Shown: positions 17,595 to 26,493 of the stretch, piece by piece
Layout: each line of letters opens with the position of its first letter
How positions within the stretch are numbered: the first letter of the stretch is position 1
Source of the DNA: Cuniculiplasma divulgatum
GTDB taxonomy: Archaea > Thermoplasmatota > Thermoplasmata > Thermoplasmatales > Thermoplasmataceae
Assembly: GCF_900083515.1 (NCBI RefSeq)
Contig: NZ_LT671858.1
Coordinates: 300,001 to 332,000 of the forward strand
Reading direction: 5' to 3'
DNA length: 32,000 nt
Notes under the pieces: generated by a model
Database searches by the model: none
What the model was told of the DNA's origin: nothing
The model's input: the letters and a program-made list of their open reading frames with translations, nothing else
Position numbers and translations under genes: made by a program

Positions 17595-20174
17595 ATGAAT
17601 AAAAAGAAGTTTGTCATAGCGATGGTCTTCTCGTTGCTCATGCTGGGTTCGGCTTTTGCCATATCCGCATTGGCATCTGGTGGATCACAGCCTGTTTTGA
17701 CCGGTAACCAAAGTGGACCAGTTCTTAATAGTGAACCGAGCACTGCTACAAGCAATACTCCTTGGAGCATGCCAACAACTACAATGCAAGAACCAAGTTA
17801 CACTAATGGGACATTCAAAATGGGTATAGATTGTAATGTGAATTCGTTGAATCCATTCCAGGAGACAACATATTGTGATGCTTATGTAGTGGAAGAACTT
17901 TATGATGGTTTATTTAACACCTTACCAAATGGCCAAGTTGTTCCATGGCTAGCATCTAACTATTCTGTAGCACACGTAACAGCAAACAACCAAACGTACG
18001 ATTTATTGACTAACAAAACTGAAAATTACTCATATGTATATACAATACACCTAAGACCATATGTTCAGTGGACTGACTGGACTCCAGCAAATGCCTCACA
18101 AACGTATACATTCTCAAACGTACTTCATTACTACTTTAATGGAAACATGACAACTCACGTTTTTAAATCCTATAAAAACACAACAATGAAGAAATACTAC
18201 CTGCAGTCAGGTGACGTAGTTCAATCCTTTAGAATGCAACAATCCTGTGGTGACTGGCCAAATGTTGTGAGTGTTGTACCAAACGGAAACCTAAGCGTTA
18301 AGGTGTACGTTTCAAAGCCAACTCTACTGTTATTCACAGCGGACTTTGAGAATAATGTACTACCATATCACATATGGATAAAACACGACTTCACATCTGT
18401 TGACGGTCTTTATAACTACACACCAGGAATATCCTCAGGAAATGGATGGTATGACTGGAATATGGGATGGAACACAGCCACTGGAAGATCACCAGGATCA
18501 GTTGGAACTGGGCCATTCATGGTACAGAACAGCTACGGCATGCCAGAAGGAGCCATAATACCAAGCCATGTCGAAACTATGTATGTCAACCCACACTACT
18601 TTGTACAGTATGCAAACAAGTCAAGTGGACTTAGACAGTACACTCCAAAGATATATGAAATAAATGAACCATTCTTTAGCTCAGAGTCCTCAATGATAGC
18701 TGCATATCAAAAAGGTCAAATTGACACAACTTCCCTGGCTCCAACTCCAAACTTCCTGCCACAGATCCAATCCACGCCTGGCTCGTACATATATCATAAA
18801 ACATCAAGTCAATATGGTTATCTAAGGTTAAATACAAGAGTAGCGCCTATGAACGTAACTGCATTCAGACAAGCACTCAACTATGCCACGCCGACAGCAT
18901 ACATAGCAAGCGCAATTAGCGATGGTTATGCAGTTCTCTCATCTGACCCAGTAAACCCTGGGAACACATTGTATTACAACTCATCTGCACCTCAGTACAC
19001 GCTAAATATGGCAAAAGCTAAAAGCCTCATAAAAAGCATACCTGGTATGGTCAACGTATCTGGAACTCTTGAATATTACGGAAAACCAGTTTCATTAACC
19101 ATACAAACAACCGTTGGTTCTGTTGCGCCAGACAACATAGAAGGGATCGATGCCACAGAAAAATACTGGAACGAACTTGGTATAACAGTAAACTTAAAGG
19201 AAGAAGCATTTACAACACTCATATCAAACATTGACGGAACAATATCCTCTAACAGCAACCTATACCAAATAGGTGATCTAGGAATCAGTACTCCCATAGG
19301 AGATCCAGCTCTTGATTGTCGTGATTCGCTTAACCCCAAATATGGTATACCAACTGACAGCTATGTAGGTCCATTTTCTAGTATGGTATTTAACGGAAAG
19401 ACACTGAATGGCACACAGGTGCAGGATCTGTTTAACAACATAACAGCAAAAATGGTCAACTCAAACTCACTTTCAAGTAATGTACACGAAGCTAAACAAC
19501 TTCAGAGTTTGATGATACAACAGGCAACAATGGTTAACCTTGGTTACTTCGTCGATCTCATACCAGAACAAACAAACACATTCACTAACTATTCGCATAC
19601 AAACCCTGATGCAGTATACATATACTGGTACTGGCAGTTCTTCTCATTAGAAAAGACAAAAGCAACAGCAGTAAAATACCCATATCACCTCACAGTCAGT
19701 GCTGCCTTAAGCTCTAGTACTACTCAGTACGATAATGAGACATCTACAATCACGTTTACTGTAACAAATGGGACCGCGCCAGTATCTGGTGCTACTGTTC
19801 TGGTTGGAATATCAGCTACATACGGAGGTATATTCAACATAACTTCAACAACACTAACCACAAATTCCAACGGAGTGGCGCAATTTAAATATGAAGTAAA
19901 AGATTTGAATACTCTCCTTGAAACCACAAATAGTACTGGAGCTGTGGTTCATGTTAGTTCAGAGGATGTAAACATAACTGGTATAGCAGAACTTAAAGGT
20001 TCGACATCAGTTGGACCTGGAAACGCTACAGTTGAGCTAACATTGATGCCTAATAAACCAGTAAGTACAGCGAATTACACAACAGACTACATCGTAGCTG
20101 GTGTAGTGGTTGCTGTTGTTGTGGTAGCTGGAGCAGCTTTTGTGGTAATGAGAAAACCAAAAATAAAATCTTAA
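17595..20174 (+). CDS. ABC transporter substrate-binding protein, family 5 (Opp/Dpp/Nik type), with C-terminal Ig-like module and TM anchor
   Basis: Signal peptide MNKKKFVIAMVFSLLMLGSAFAISALASG, then an S/T-rich linker. The SBP_bac_5-like core includes FKMGIDCNVNSLNPF..., YDGLF, VPWLA and YLRLNTRVAPMNVTAFRQALNYA. The C-terminus is YIVAGVVVAVVVVAGAAFVVMRKPKIKS. The track start 17574 is also an ATG and remains possible. Confidence 0.85.
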   Translation: MNKKKFVIAMVFSLLMLGSAFAISALASGGSQPVLTGNQSGPVLNSEPSTATSNTPWSMPTTTMQEPSYTNGTFKMGIDCNVNSLNPFQETTYCDAYVVEELYDGLFNTLPNGQVVPWLASNYSVAHVTANNQTYDLLTNKTENYSYVYTIHLRPYVQWTDWTPANASQTYTFSNVLHYYFNGNMTTHVFKSYKNTTMKKYYLQSGDVVQSFRMQQSCGDWPNVVSVVPNGNLSVKVYVSKPTLLLFTADFENNVLPYHIWIKHDFTSVDGLYNYTPGISSGNGWYDWNMGWNTATGRSPGSVGTGPFMVQNSYGMPEGAIIPSHVETMYVNPHYFVQYANKSSGLRQYTPKIYEINEPFFSSESSMIAAYQKGQIDTTSLAPTPNFLPQIQSTPGSYIYHKTSSQYGYLRLNTRVAPMNVTAFRQALNYATPTAYIASAISDGYAVLSSDPVNPGNTLYYNSSAPQYTLNMAKAKSLIKSIPGMVNVSGTLEYYGKPVSLTIQTTVGSVAPDNIEGIDATEKYWNELGITVNLKEEAFTTLISNIDGTISSNSNLYQIGDLGISTPIGDPALDCRDSLNPKYGIPTDSYVGPFSSMVFNGKTLNGTQVQDLFNNITAKMVNSNSLSSNVHEAKQLQSLMIQQATMVNLGYFVDLIPEQTNTFTNYSHTNPDAVYIYWYWQFFSLEKTKATAVKYPYHLTVSAALSSSTTQYDNETSTITFTVTNGTAPVSGATVLVGISATYGGIFNITSTTLTTNSNGVAQFKYEVKDLNTLLETTNSTGAVVHVSSEDVNITGIAELKGSTSVGPGNATVELTLMPNKPVSTANYTTDYIVAGVVVAVVVVAGAAFVVMRKPKIKS

Positions 20175-20199
20175 TTTTTAAAATAAATTTTTAAATACC

Positions 20200-20208
20200 T
20201 TTTTTTTT
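20200..20208 (+). terminator. Oligo-T tract between the binding-protein and permease genes (possible attenuating terminator)
   Basis: A T9 run lies 26 nt after the stop at 20174 and 26 nt before the next ATG. This would allow higher expression of the binding protein than of the membrane components. Confidence 0.35.
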
Positions 20209-20233
20209 ATACAGTCTCAAATGGGGGAAATAA

Positions 20234-21226
20234 ATGAATATTTATCTATTAACTAGAAAAATCATACAGGCATTTGCTCTTGTAGTTATAATGACTCTTA
20301 TAATATTTGTAGTCTTCAGACTTATGCCAGGAAACCCAGGTTTACTACTTCTAAAATCAGCAAATAAGACTGGGACACCTCTATCTACGAAGCAGAAGGA
20401 TGCAATATTAAGTACTCTTGGTTTACAGGATGGCAAGTTTTCACTTGTGGATTTCGAAACTTATCTTTATCAAATGTTTACATTTCATTGGGGAAAGGAT
20501 TTTAATTCGCCCGGTCAATATGTATATAACGAAATTGCAAATGCCCTGCCCTACACATTAGTTCTTATAGTCTCATCGGCTCTTCTATCCTTTGCAATTG
20601 GGATACCTCTGGGAATAGTAGTATCAAAAATGAGAGGGGGAAAAAAAGAGGGAGTGTTGTTGACAACTAGCTTGATATTAAATTCAATTCCATATTTCAT
20701 TCTGGGGGTCATATTGTTTCTTTATCTGGCAGTTTATTCGAGCGTACTACCTCTGAAATCAAGTGTTCCACTTACATACATCACACACCCATCGCTTAGC
20801 ACTTTTCCGATATTGTTGTATCATATCGCTCTCCCATTTAGTACATTATTGATCATAGAATCAATGGGCCATATGATTACCATGAGGGCGGCGATGGTAT
20901 CGACACTTGGAGAAGATCATATAACAACTGCAAGGGCGAAAGGAGTTCCTGAAAAATCCATATTAAGAAAACATGCTGCTAGAATAGCTGTTATACCAGT
21001 TACGACAAGGTTGGCCTTACAGTTATCATTTTTAATTAGTGGGTCCTTAATCGTTGCTATTATTTTTAACTGGCCAGGCATGGGTCCATTACTTTATCAT
21101 GCAGTTTTGAATGAAGATTACCCTCTCAGCGAAGCCTCCACTTTCATCATCTCTCTTTTAACCATAGTAGCATACTCACTGATTGACTATATACACGCAT
21201 GGCTCGATCCAAGAATTAAAGTATGA
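20234..21226 (+). CDS. ABC transporter permease, OppB/DppB type
   Basis: 330 aa. It has the typical N-terminus (KIIQAFALVVIMTLIIFVVFRLMPGNP), six hydrophobic segments and an EAA-like loop (TARAKGVPEKSILRKHAARIAVIPV). Confidence 0.85.
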   Translation: MNIYLLTRKIIQAFALVVIMTLIIFVVFRLMPGNPGLLLLKSANKTGTPLSTKQKDAILSTLGLQDGKFSLVDFETYLYQMFTFHWGKDFNSPGQYVYNEIANALPYTLVLIVSSALLSFAIGIPLGIVVSKMRGGKKEGVLLTTSLILNSIPYFILGVILFLYLAVYSSVLPLKSSVPLTYITHPSLSTFPILLYHIALPFSTLLIIESMGHMITMRAAMVSTLGEDHITTARAKGVPEKSILRKHAARIAVIPVTTRLALQLSFLISGSLIVAIIFNWPGMGPLLYHAVLNEDYPLSEASTFIISLLTIVAYSLIDYIHAWLDPRIKV

Positions 21227-21249
21227 TAATTATGTTTAGGTGAACTAAT

Positions 21250-23517
21250 ATGGAAAAAACTGATGAAAAGAGGAGGAGGAAATATGAACCCTCTGTATAC
21301 TGGAGAAGACTTTATAGGCAGTTCAAGGTCTTCTACAAAAGTACTTACGGTAAGGTAGGATTCTATATATTGCTGGCGTTTGCAGTAATAACCTTGGTAA
21401 CGCCATTCGTAGTTGAGCACCCTAACTATACATACATCGCACCTGAAGTCGATACTCACGTTGCAAGTGAAATAGTGCAGACTCACCTCACAAACATATC
21501 AAAAGGGAACTCTGGAGTGGAGTTATATTCCCCCATGTCAACCACTCTTCAGAATGAGGGAACGTCAGCTATTTACCTTGGGACTTCAAATGGGGATATT
21601 TATTGCTATGGATTAGGGGCAACAAAAGACTCTAAATTAGGAAACTATAACTTAATTTATAACAGTCATTTGAAGGGAAAGGAAAAAATGCTCCAACCAA
21701 CTATGTTTTCGCTCATAAACTGCGCTGAGGAAATTACTGGGTATGCGGGTCCCGGGTTATTTCAGAGGTTTGTCGCACTTCCAATTGCCAATGGGTCAAA
21801 TGGAAATGTGGTTATAGGAACAATAGCATTTCAAACTGCGGGACTAAACAAGCCAAGTTTCACTGAGATGACTTCATTTACGTATAACGGAACAATTGTT
21901 GGAAATATAACATCTGATTCGATAGCATTTACTGGTACAGTATCTACAAGTATCCCATCTTGTAATTATGCCAACGACAGTCTTAACCCCAGTGGTCAGG
22001 TGTACTTGTTATCTAAAAATGCAACTGGGGATTATCTTTACAGGTATCAGATTTCACCGGGAGCAATTTTGGGAATAGAAAAATTAAGCATGAAAAACCC
22101 CGAAGGAATAAGCTTTTACGGGTCATCATTTTCCGCGAGTAGATTTGATAAAAATGCCCTAATACTAATTTGGAACAATACTTCCATAAATGCTTATTCT
22201 GCATCAAATGGAGGTTTAGTATGGAGTAAAGTAGTTGGAAATACATACAATGCAAGAGTTGGGCCTGTAATTCCAAAATTCTATCAGGTGAGTTATGCAG
22301 CAAACAACTCTGCATATTACCTCGTCGGAAGTTCTGTAGATAGTATAAATCTTCTCACTGGTTTGAATCAAACAGTAAGGAACACTGGTGTAGATCTTGT
22401 AGGTTTATCTACAACACCTGGACATTCAGGCTTGCCCAGTGATATCATTGCAACTTCAAGTCTAAATGCTTATGTATTGACCTATAACAGCACGGGATCT
22501 GTTAAAACCAAGGTTGTAGCTTTACCTGTAAATTCTGGTATATTCTCAAAAACAGCAACCTACGATAGCGTCGCTGATTCCCTTATACTCGTCTCTAGTA
22601 AAGGATCTATCCTGTCATTCAATTTAAACTTCGGAACAAAGTATCCATTCTCATGGAGTGCCGGTTTATCTCCAGTACCTACCAGCACCTCAGTAGTTCA
22701 GTATTTCAAGGATGCAACAACTGGAGTTGGGGCAATCGCAGTTACTGCTAGTAATGATTATATCTACCTGTATAGTTCAACCGCTAAGGAATGCACACCG
22801 ATACCTCCAATGGCAAAATTACCTTCCGGATCAAATCTAATACTCGGGAGCACACAGTACGGTAATGATGTGTGGGCCAGATTCATGGAAAGTTTCGGAA
22901 ACGATTGGATTTTCGGAATTTCAATTGGTTTCTTTACCATAATAATATCTCTAGCTGTCGCTATGTATGTTGGATATAAAGGAGGTTTCGGAGGAGAGGC
23001 CGTTGAAACATTATCACTTGCTCTGTTTCTAGTACCTAGCCTTGCCTTGCTAATTGCCTTATCTTCGGTTATCAACAGTGCAAACTTTATCACATTAATT
23101 CTTATAGTCAGTCTTACAGGTTGGCCATTTGCGGCATTCACACTCATAGGTGTGGTAAGAGGGGTTTCAGCAAGGTCATTCGTGGAGGCATCAAAACTCT
23201 TCGGTTCAAAGGGAGGCTCCATCATGAGGAGACATATAATGCCAAATATAGGACCGTTATTGCTCTATCTACTTGCATTGTCCATAGGAGGAGGAATTGG
23301 TGCAGTATCTGGTCTTGAGTTTCTGGGTCTTGCTCCATTAACTACTGCAACATGGGGAGGAATGCTAAATGCAGCATATACGGACTACTTTGTGGTTATA
23401 ACACAACCACAGTGGATATTGCCACCAGCCATAGCACTCACGATGTTCATATTCTCACTCATATTTGTGTCAAGGGGAATGGACGAGGTAGTAAATCCAA
23501 GACTAAGGAGGAGGTAA
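21250..23517 (+). CDS. ABC transporter permease, OppC/DppC type, with ~476-aa extracytoplasmic insertion after TM1
   Basis: The last 224 aa (LGSTQYGNDVWARF... to VNPRLRRR) form a canonical OppC core with an EAA-like loop (EASKLFGSKGGSIMRRHIMPNIGP). TM1 is at aa 37-55. The insertion spans aa 56-531. Confidence 0.85.
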   Translation: MEKTDEKRRRKYEPSVYWRRLYRQFKVFYKSTYGKVGFYILLAFAVITLVTPFVVEHPNYTYIAPEVDTHVASEIVQTHLTNISKGNSGVELYSPMSTTLQNEGTSAIYLGTSNGDIYCYGLGATKDSKLGNYNLIYNSHLKGKEKMLQPTMFSLINCAEEITGYAGPGLFQRFVALPIANGSNGNVVIGTIAFQTAGLNKPSFTEMTSFTYNGTIVGNITSDSIAFTGTVSTSIPSCNYANDSLNPSGQVYLLSKNATGDYLYRYQISPGAILGIEKLSMKNPEGISFYGSSFSASRFDKNALILIWNNTSINAYSASNGGLVWSKVVGNTYNARVGPVIPKFYQVSYAANNSAYYLVGSSVDSINLLTGLNQTVRNTGVDLVGLSTTPGHSGLPSDIIATSSLNAYVLTYNSTGSVKTKVVALPVNSGIFSKTATYDSVADSLILVSSKGSILSFNLNFGTKYPFSWSAGLSPVPTSTSVVQYFKDATTGVGAIAVTASNDYIYLYSSTAKECTPIPPMAKLPSGSNLILGSTQYGNDVWARFMESFGNDWIFGISIGFFTIIISLAVAMYVGYKGGFGGEAVETLSLALFLVPSLALLIALSSVINSANFITLILIVSLTGWPFAAFTLIGVVRGVSARSFVEASKLFGSKGGSIMRRHIMPNIGPLLLYLLALSIGGGIGAVSGLEFLGLAPLTTATWGGMLNAAYTDYFVVITQPQWILPPAIALTMFIFSLIFVSRGMDEVVNPRLRRR

Positions 23518-23518
23518 A

Positions 23519-26026
23519 ATGTTAGAAGAAGAAATTACGAATTCTAAAACACTTATAAAGATAGACAATTTGTCAGTTCATTTCCGAACGTTTGAAGGAA
23601 GAGTACAGGCCCTTGATGGAATCAACTTGGATCTCAATGAGGGAGAAATTCTCGGAATAATAGGGGAAAGTGGTTCTGGCAAATCTACTACAGCGCTATC
23701 TCTTCTTGGTCTGCTACCAGATAACGCTGAAATCACAGGTTCAGTGGTCTATCTAGATAAGGATATCATAAATTCCAACGACACGGTATCAGATAAAAAG
23801 ATGAGGATAAAAGCTAGAAGAATGCTGGATCAGCGTCTTGCGGAAATAAGATGGAAAGAAATATCAATGATATTCCAGGGGGCTATGAATGCCTTTAATC
23901 CAGTTCATACCATAAGGAACCAGATCAAGGAGGTATTCGAAATCCACAACACATTTTCAGATATTTCCAATTTGACCGATGAAGACTTCATAGATGAAGG
24001 AAATCTAAGAGCAAGAGCTAATGAAATGGCTTTAGAAGATATAAAAGATAAGGAAAGTGCCGAATTTAAAATCATAGAAAATAAAATTTATGAAGAGATG
24101 GTAGAAAAGCTGAAAAATGATCTTAAAACCATGCCTGTAAAGGACAAGAAAAGACTTCTTGAGAATAACAGGATGGAGAGCAGTTGTAGGAAGGCTGGTT
24201 TCAACCCAAAGTTCCTTGATGCTTATCCACATGAATTGAGCGGTGGGATGAAGCAGAGGGGAATTATCGCAATGGCACTTGCTCTTAATCCAAAGGTAGT
24301 AATTGCTGATGAACCAACAACTGGTCTAGATGTTATCACTCAGGCAAAGATCATAAAAGAGCTAAAAGGACTGAAAGACAGTAAAATCATTAGGTCCATG
24401 ATAGTTATTTCACATGACGTAGGTGTTGTTTCGCAACTGGCCAATTATGTTGCTGTTATGTACGCCGGGAGGGTAATGGAGTATGGGGAACCCAAGGATA
24501 TATTCGTGAACCCAAGAAATCCATATACATACGCACTAATGCACAGTTACCCATCAATTGATGCAACGAAACAGAGAATACATGGTATTCCCGGTTCAGT
24601 TCCAGATCTAATTGATCCCCCAAAGGGATGTTATTTCGCAAGCAGATGTTTCATGGCGGAAGACATCTGTCACAAGGAAAAACCACCTCTAAAAAGCCTG
24701 AGCAATGACCATAAATCTTTATGTCATTTTGATCAGATAGATGAGAAAAGGTACCTGAGTGCGCAGAGATACGCTGATGAACTGTTGCCCGATCCTAATG
24801 CTGGTAACCAGCCTGTATTACTCGAGGCAAAGGATCTGAGTAAGTATTTTTCGGTTCATTCAAACCTAACAACAAATCTGTTTGGAGGTGCCAACAAACC
24901 AGTGGTACACGCTGTTGACATGGTAAATCTACTTATACGGAAAAGGGTAATTATAGGAGTTGTAGGTGAAAGTGGATCTGGAAAGACAACTCTTGGTAAG
25001 CTACTTGTAAACGCTATCGATCCAACCAGTGGTAAACTCATATTCAAGTTCGACCAGGTTCCAAGCGGAGCTGAGCTGGAAAATGAAGAAATGCCAATGG
25101 ATATTGATCCTCAAGATGAGCAAGCTCAGGAAGAATTAAAGAAGCTAAAGGAAAGAAGAAATGATATAGCCTTGATGAGCAAGAACAGTCAGAGATATAG
25201 CATATACAGGAAGGAAAGTCAGTTAATCTTTCAGGATCCATATGATTCCATAAACCCTAAAATGTCAATCTTTGATATTGTAGCTGAGCCTCTTGTAATT
25301 CAGAAAAAAGATTTAATTAAAAGAAGGCAGCGGGATGTAAATGACGGAAATGGTACGTCTGAAAATGAGTTTGATCTTGAAAAAGAGGTTCTAAGTGCTC
25401 TAGATATCGCTAACCTAAGACCACCGGAGAATTATGTGGAGAGATACCCTCACGAACTTTCAGGTGGAGAGAGGCAGAGGGTTTCTATCGCCCGATCAAT
25501 AACACTTAATCCATCATTCCTCGTGGCTGATGAACCTATTTCAATGCTTGATGTTTCCATAAGAGCAAACATAATGAATCTTTTACTGGATTTGAAGGAT
25601 AAGAGGGATATATCTGTTCTTTACATCTCTCACGATATTGCATCTGCCAGATATGTTTCTGATTTCATAGTTGTTATGTACCTTGGACAAATTGTGGAAT
25701 TTGGAAAATCCGAAGAGACTATCAGAGATCCGCTTCACCCATATACCAAAGCACTAATTTCAGCAGTGCCAAGTCTGAATCCAGATTGGGTGAATAAGGG
25801 ACTTGACATAGTGGGAGAAATTGGAAGTGCGATTAATCCACCGAAGGGATGCAGGTTCTACGGAAGATGTGTATACCATAAGGATATATGCAAAGCAGAA
25901 GACCCACCACTGCAACAAACTGGATACAGATATTATAGCTGCCATTTTGCACAGGATGAACTGACAAGAGAGGAAGTAATGGAAGAAGTAGAGAGTGGAG
26001 AGGAAGGAGAATACATGACGGAGTAG
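23519..26026 (+). CDS. Fused OppD-OppF-type ABC ATPase (two nucleotide-binding domains in one polypeptide)
   Basis: NBD1 has Walker A GESGSGKST, signature LSGGMKQR and Walker B VVIADEPTTGLD. NBD2 has Walker A GESGSGKTT, signature LSGGERQR and Walker B FLVADEPISMLD. Each NBD is followed by the oligopeptide-transporter C-terminal Cys-rich segment. The domain junction (aa ~405-435) is a continuous open frame. Confidence 0.9.
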   Translation: MLEEEITNSKTLIKIDNLSVHFRTFEGRVQALDGINLDLNEGEILGIIGESGSGKSTTALSLLGLLPDNAEITGSVVYLDKDIINSNDTVSDKKMRIKARRMLDQRLAEIRWKEISMIFQGAMNAFNPVHTIRNQIKEVFEIHNTFSDISNLTDEDFIDEGNLRARANEMALEDIKDKESAEFKIIENKIYEEMVEKLKNDLKTMPVKDKKRLLENNRMESSCRKAGFNPKFLDAYPHELSGGMKQRGIIAMALALNPKVVIADEPTTGLDVITQAKIIKELKGLKDSKIIRSMIVISHDVGVVSQLANYVAVMYAGRVMEYGEPKDIFVNPRNPYTYALMHSYPSIDATKQRIHGIPGSVPDLIDPPKGCYFASRCFMAEDICHKEKPPLKSLSNDHKSLCHFDQIDEKRYLSAQRYADELLPDPNAGNQPVLLEAKDLSKYFSVHSNLTTNLFGGANKPVVHAVDMVNLLIRKRVIIGVVGESGSGKTTLGKLLVNAIDPTSGKLIFKFDQVPSGAELENEEMPMDIDPQDEQAQEELKKLKERRNDIALMSKNSQRYSIYRKESQLIFQDPYDSINPKMSIFDIVAEPLVIQKKDLIKRRQRDVNDGNGTSENEFDLEKEVLSALDIANLRPPENYVERYPHELSGGERQRVSIARSITLNPSFLVADEPISMLDVSIRANIMNLLLDLKDKRDISVLYISHDIASARYVSDFIVVMYLGQIVEFGKSEETIRDPLHPYTKALISAVPSLNPDWVNKGLDIVGEIGSAINPPKGCRFYGRCVYHKDICKAEDPPLQQTGYRYYSCHFAQDELTREEVMEEVESGEEGEYMTE

Positions 26027-26029
26027 TAA

Positions 26030-26416
26030 ATGGAGATCCCATCACCAGAGGAGGAGATTAGAAGGAAAGAGAAGATACGAACAAGGTTTAAACTAACTGT
26101 TCCTCCAATGGTTCTTCTTTTTATTCTATTTCTATCCGGGATTGTGCTTCTTATTGCTGGTGCTTTATCCATAGCCAACGTATTTCCACTTATCCTCGTA
26201 ATGGTGGGATTTGTAATTATTTTCTTTGGTGCATTTTATGATTTTGGTGCAAATAGATATGTTAATAATATGTTTCAGTCAAAAGCTTCATTGAGAGAAA
26301 AAGACGTAGTGCAGATTAACAGAGAGCAGCTAATAATGACAGTGATATTTGTCGGTGTTGGTGGATTATATATATTGCTTGGCGTAGCATTATTTTACGT
26401 TATTGCTTTTTTTTAA
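26030..26416 (+). CDS. Hypothetical small membrane protein, closely spaced after the ATPase gene
   Basis: The ATG lies 4 nt after the ATPase stop (TAGTAAATG). 128 aa with a charged N-terminus (EEEIRRKEKIRTRFK) and three hydrophobic helices. No family recognised. Confidence 0.5.
   Translation: MEIPSPEEEIRRKEKIRTRFKLTVPPMVLLFILFLSGIVLLIAGALSIANVFPLILVMVGFVIIFFGAFYDFGANRYVNNMFQSKASLREKDVVQINREQLIMTVIFVGVGGLYILLGVALFYVIAFF
26407..26414 (+). terminator. Oligo-T tract at the end of the transporter gene string
   Basis: A T8 run overlaps the last codons and stop of the 128-aa ORF. It is followed by a 77-nt AT-rich spacer containing a TATA-like TTAAAAATA (26469-26477) ahead of the acylase gene. Confidence 0.3.
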
Positions 26417-26493
26417 ATTAGGATACATTTGATCTGATATAATAAAAATAAATTACTACAAACAGAAGTTAAAAATATGCACTACTGATCTCC

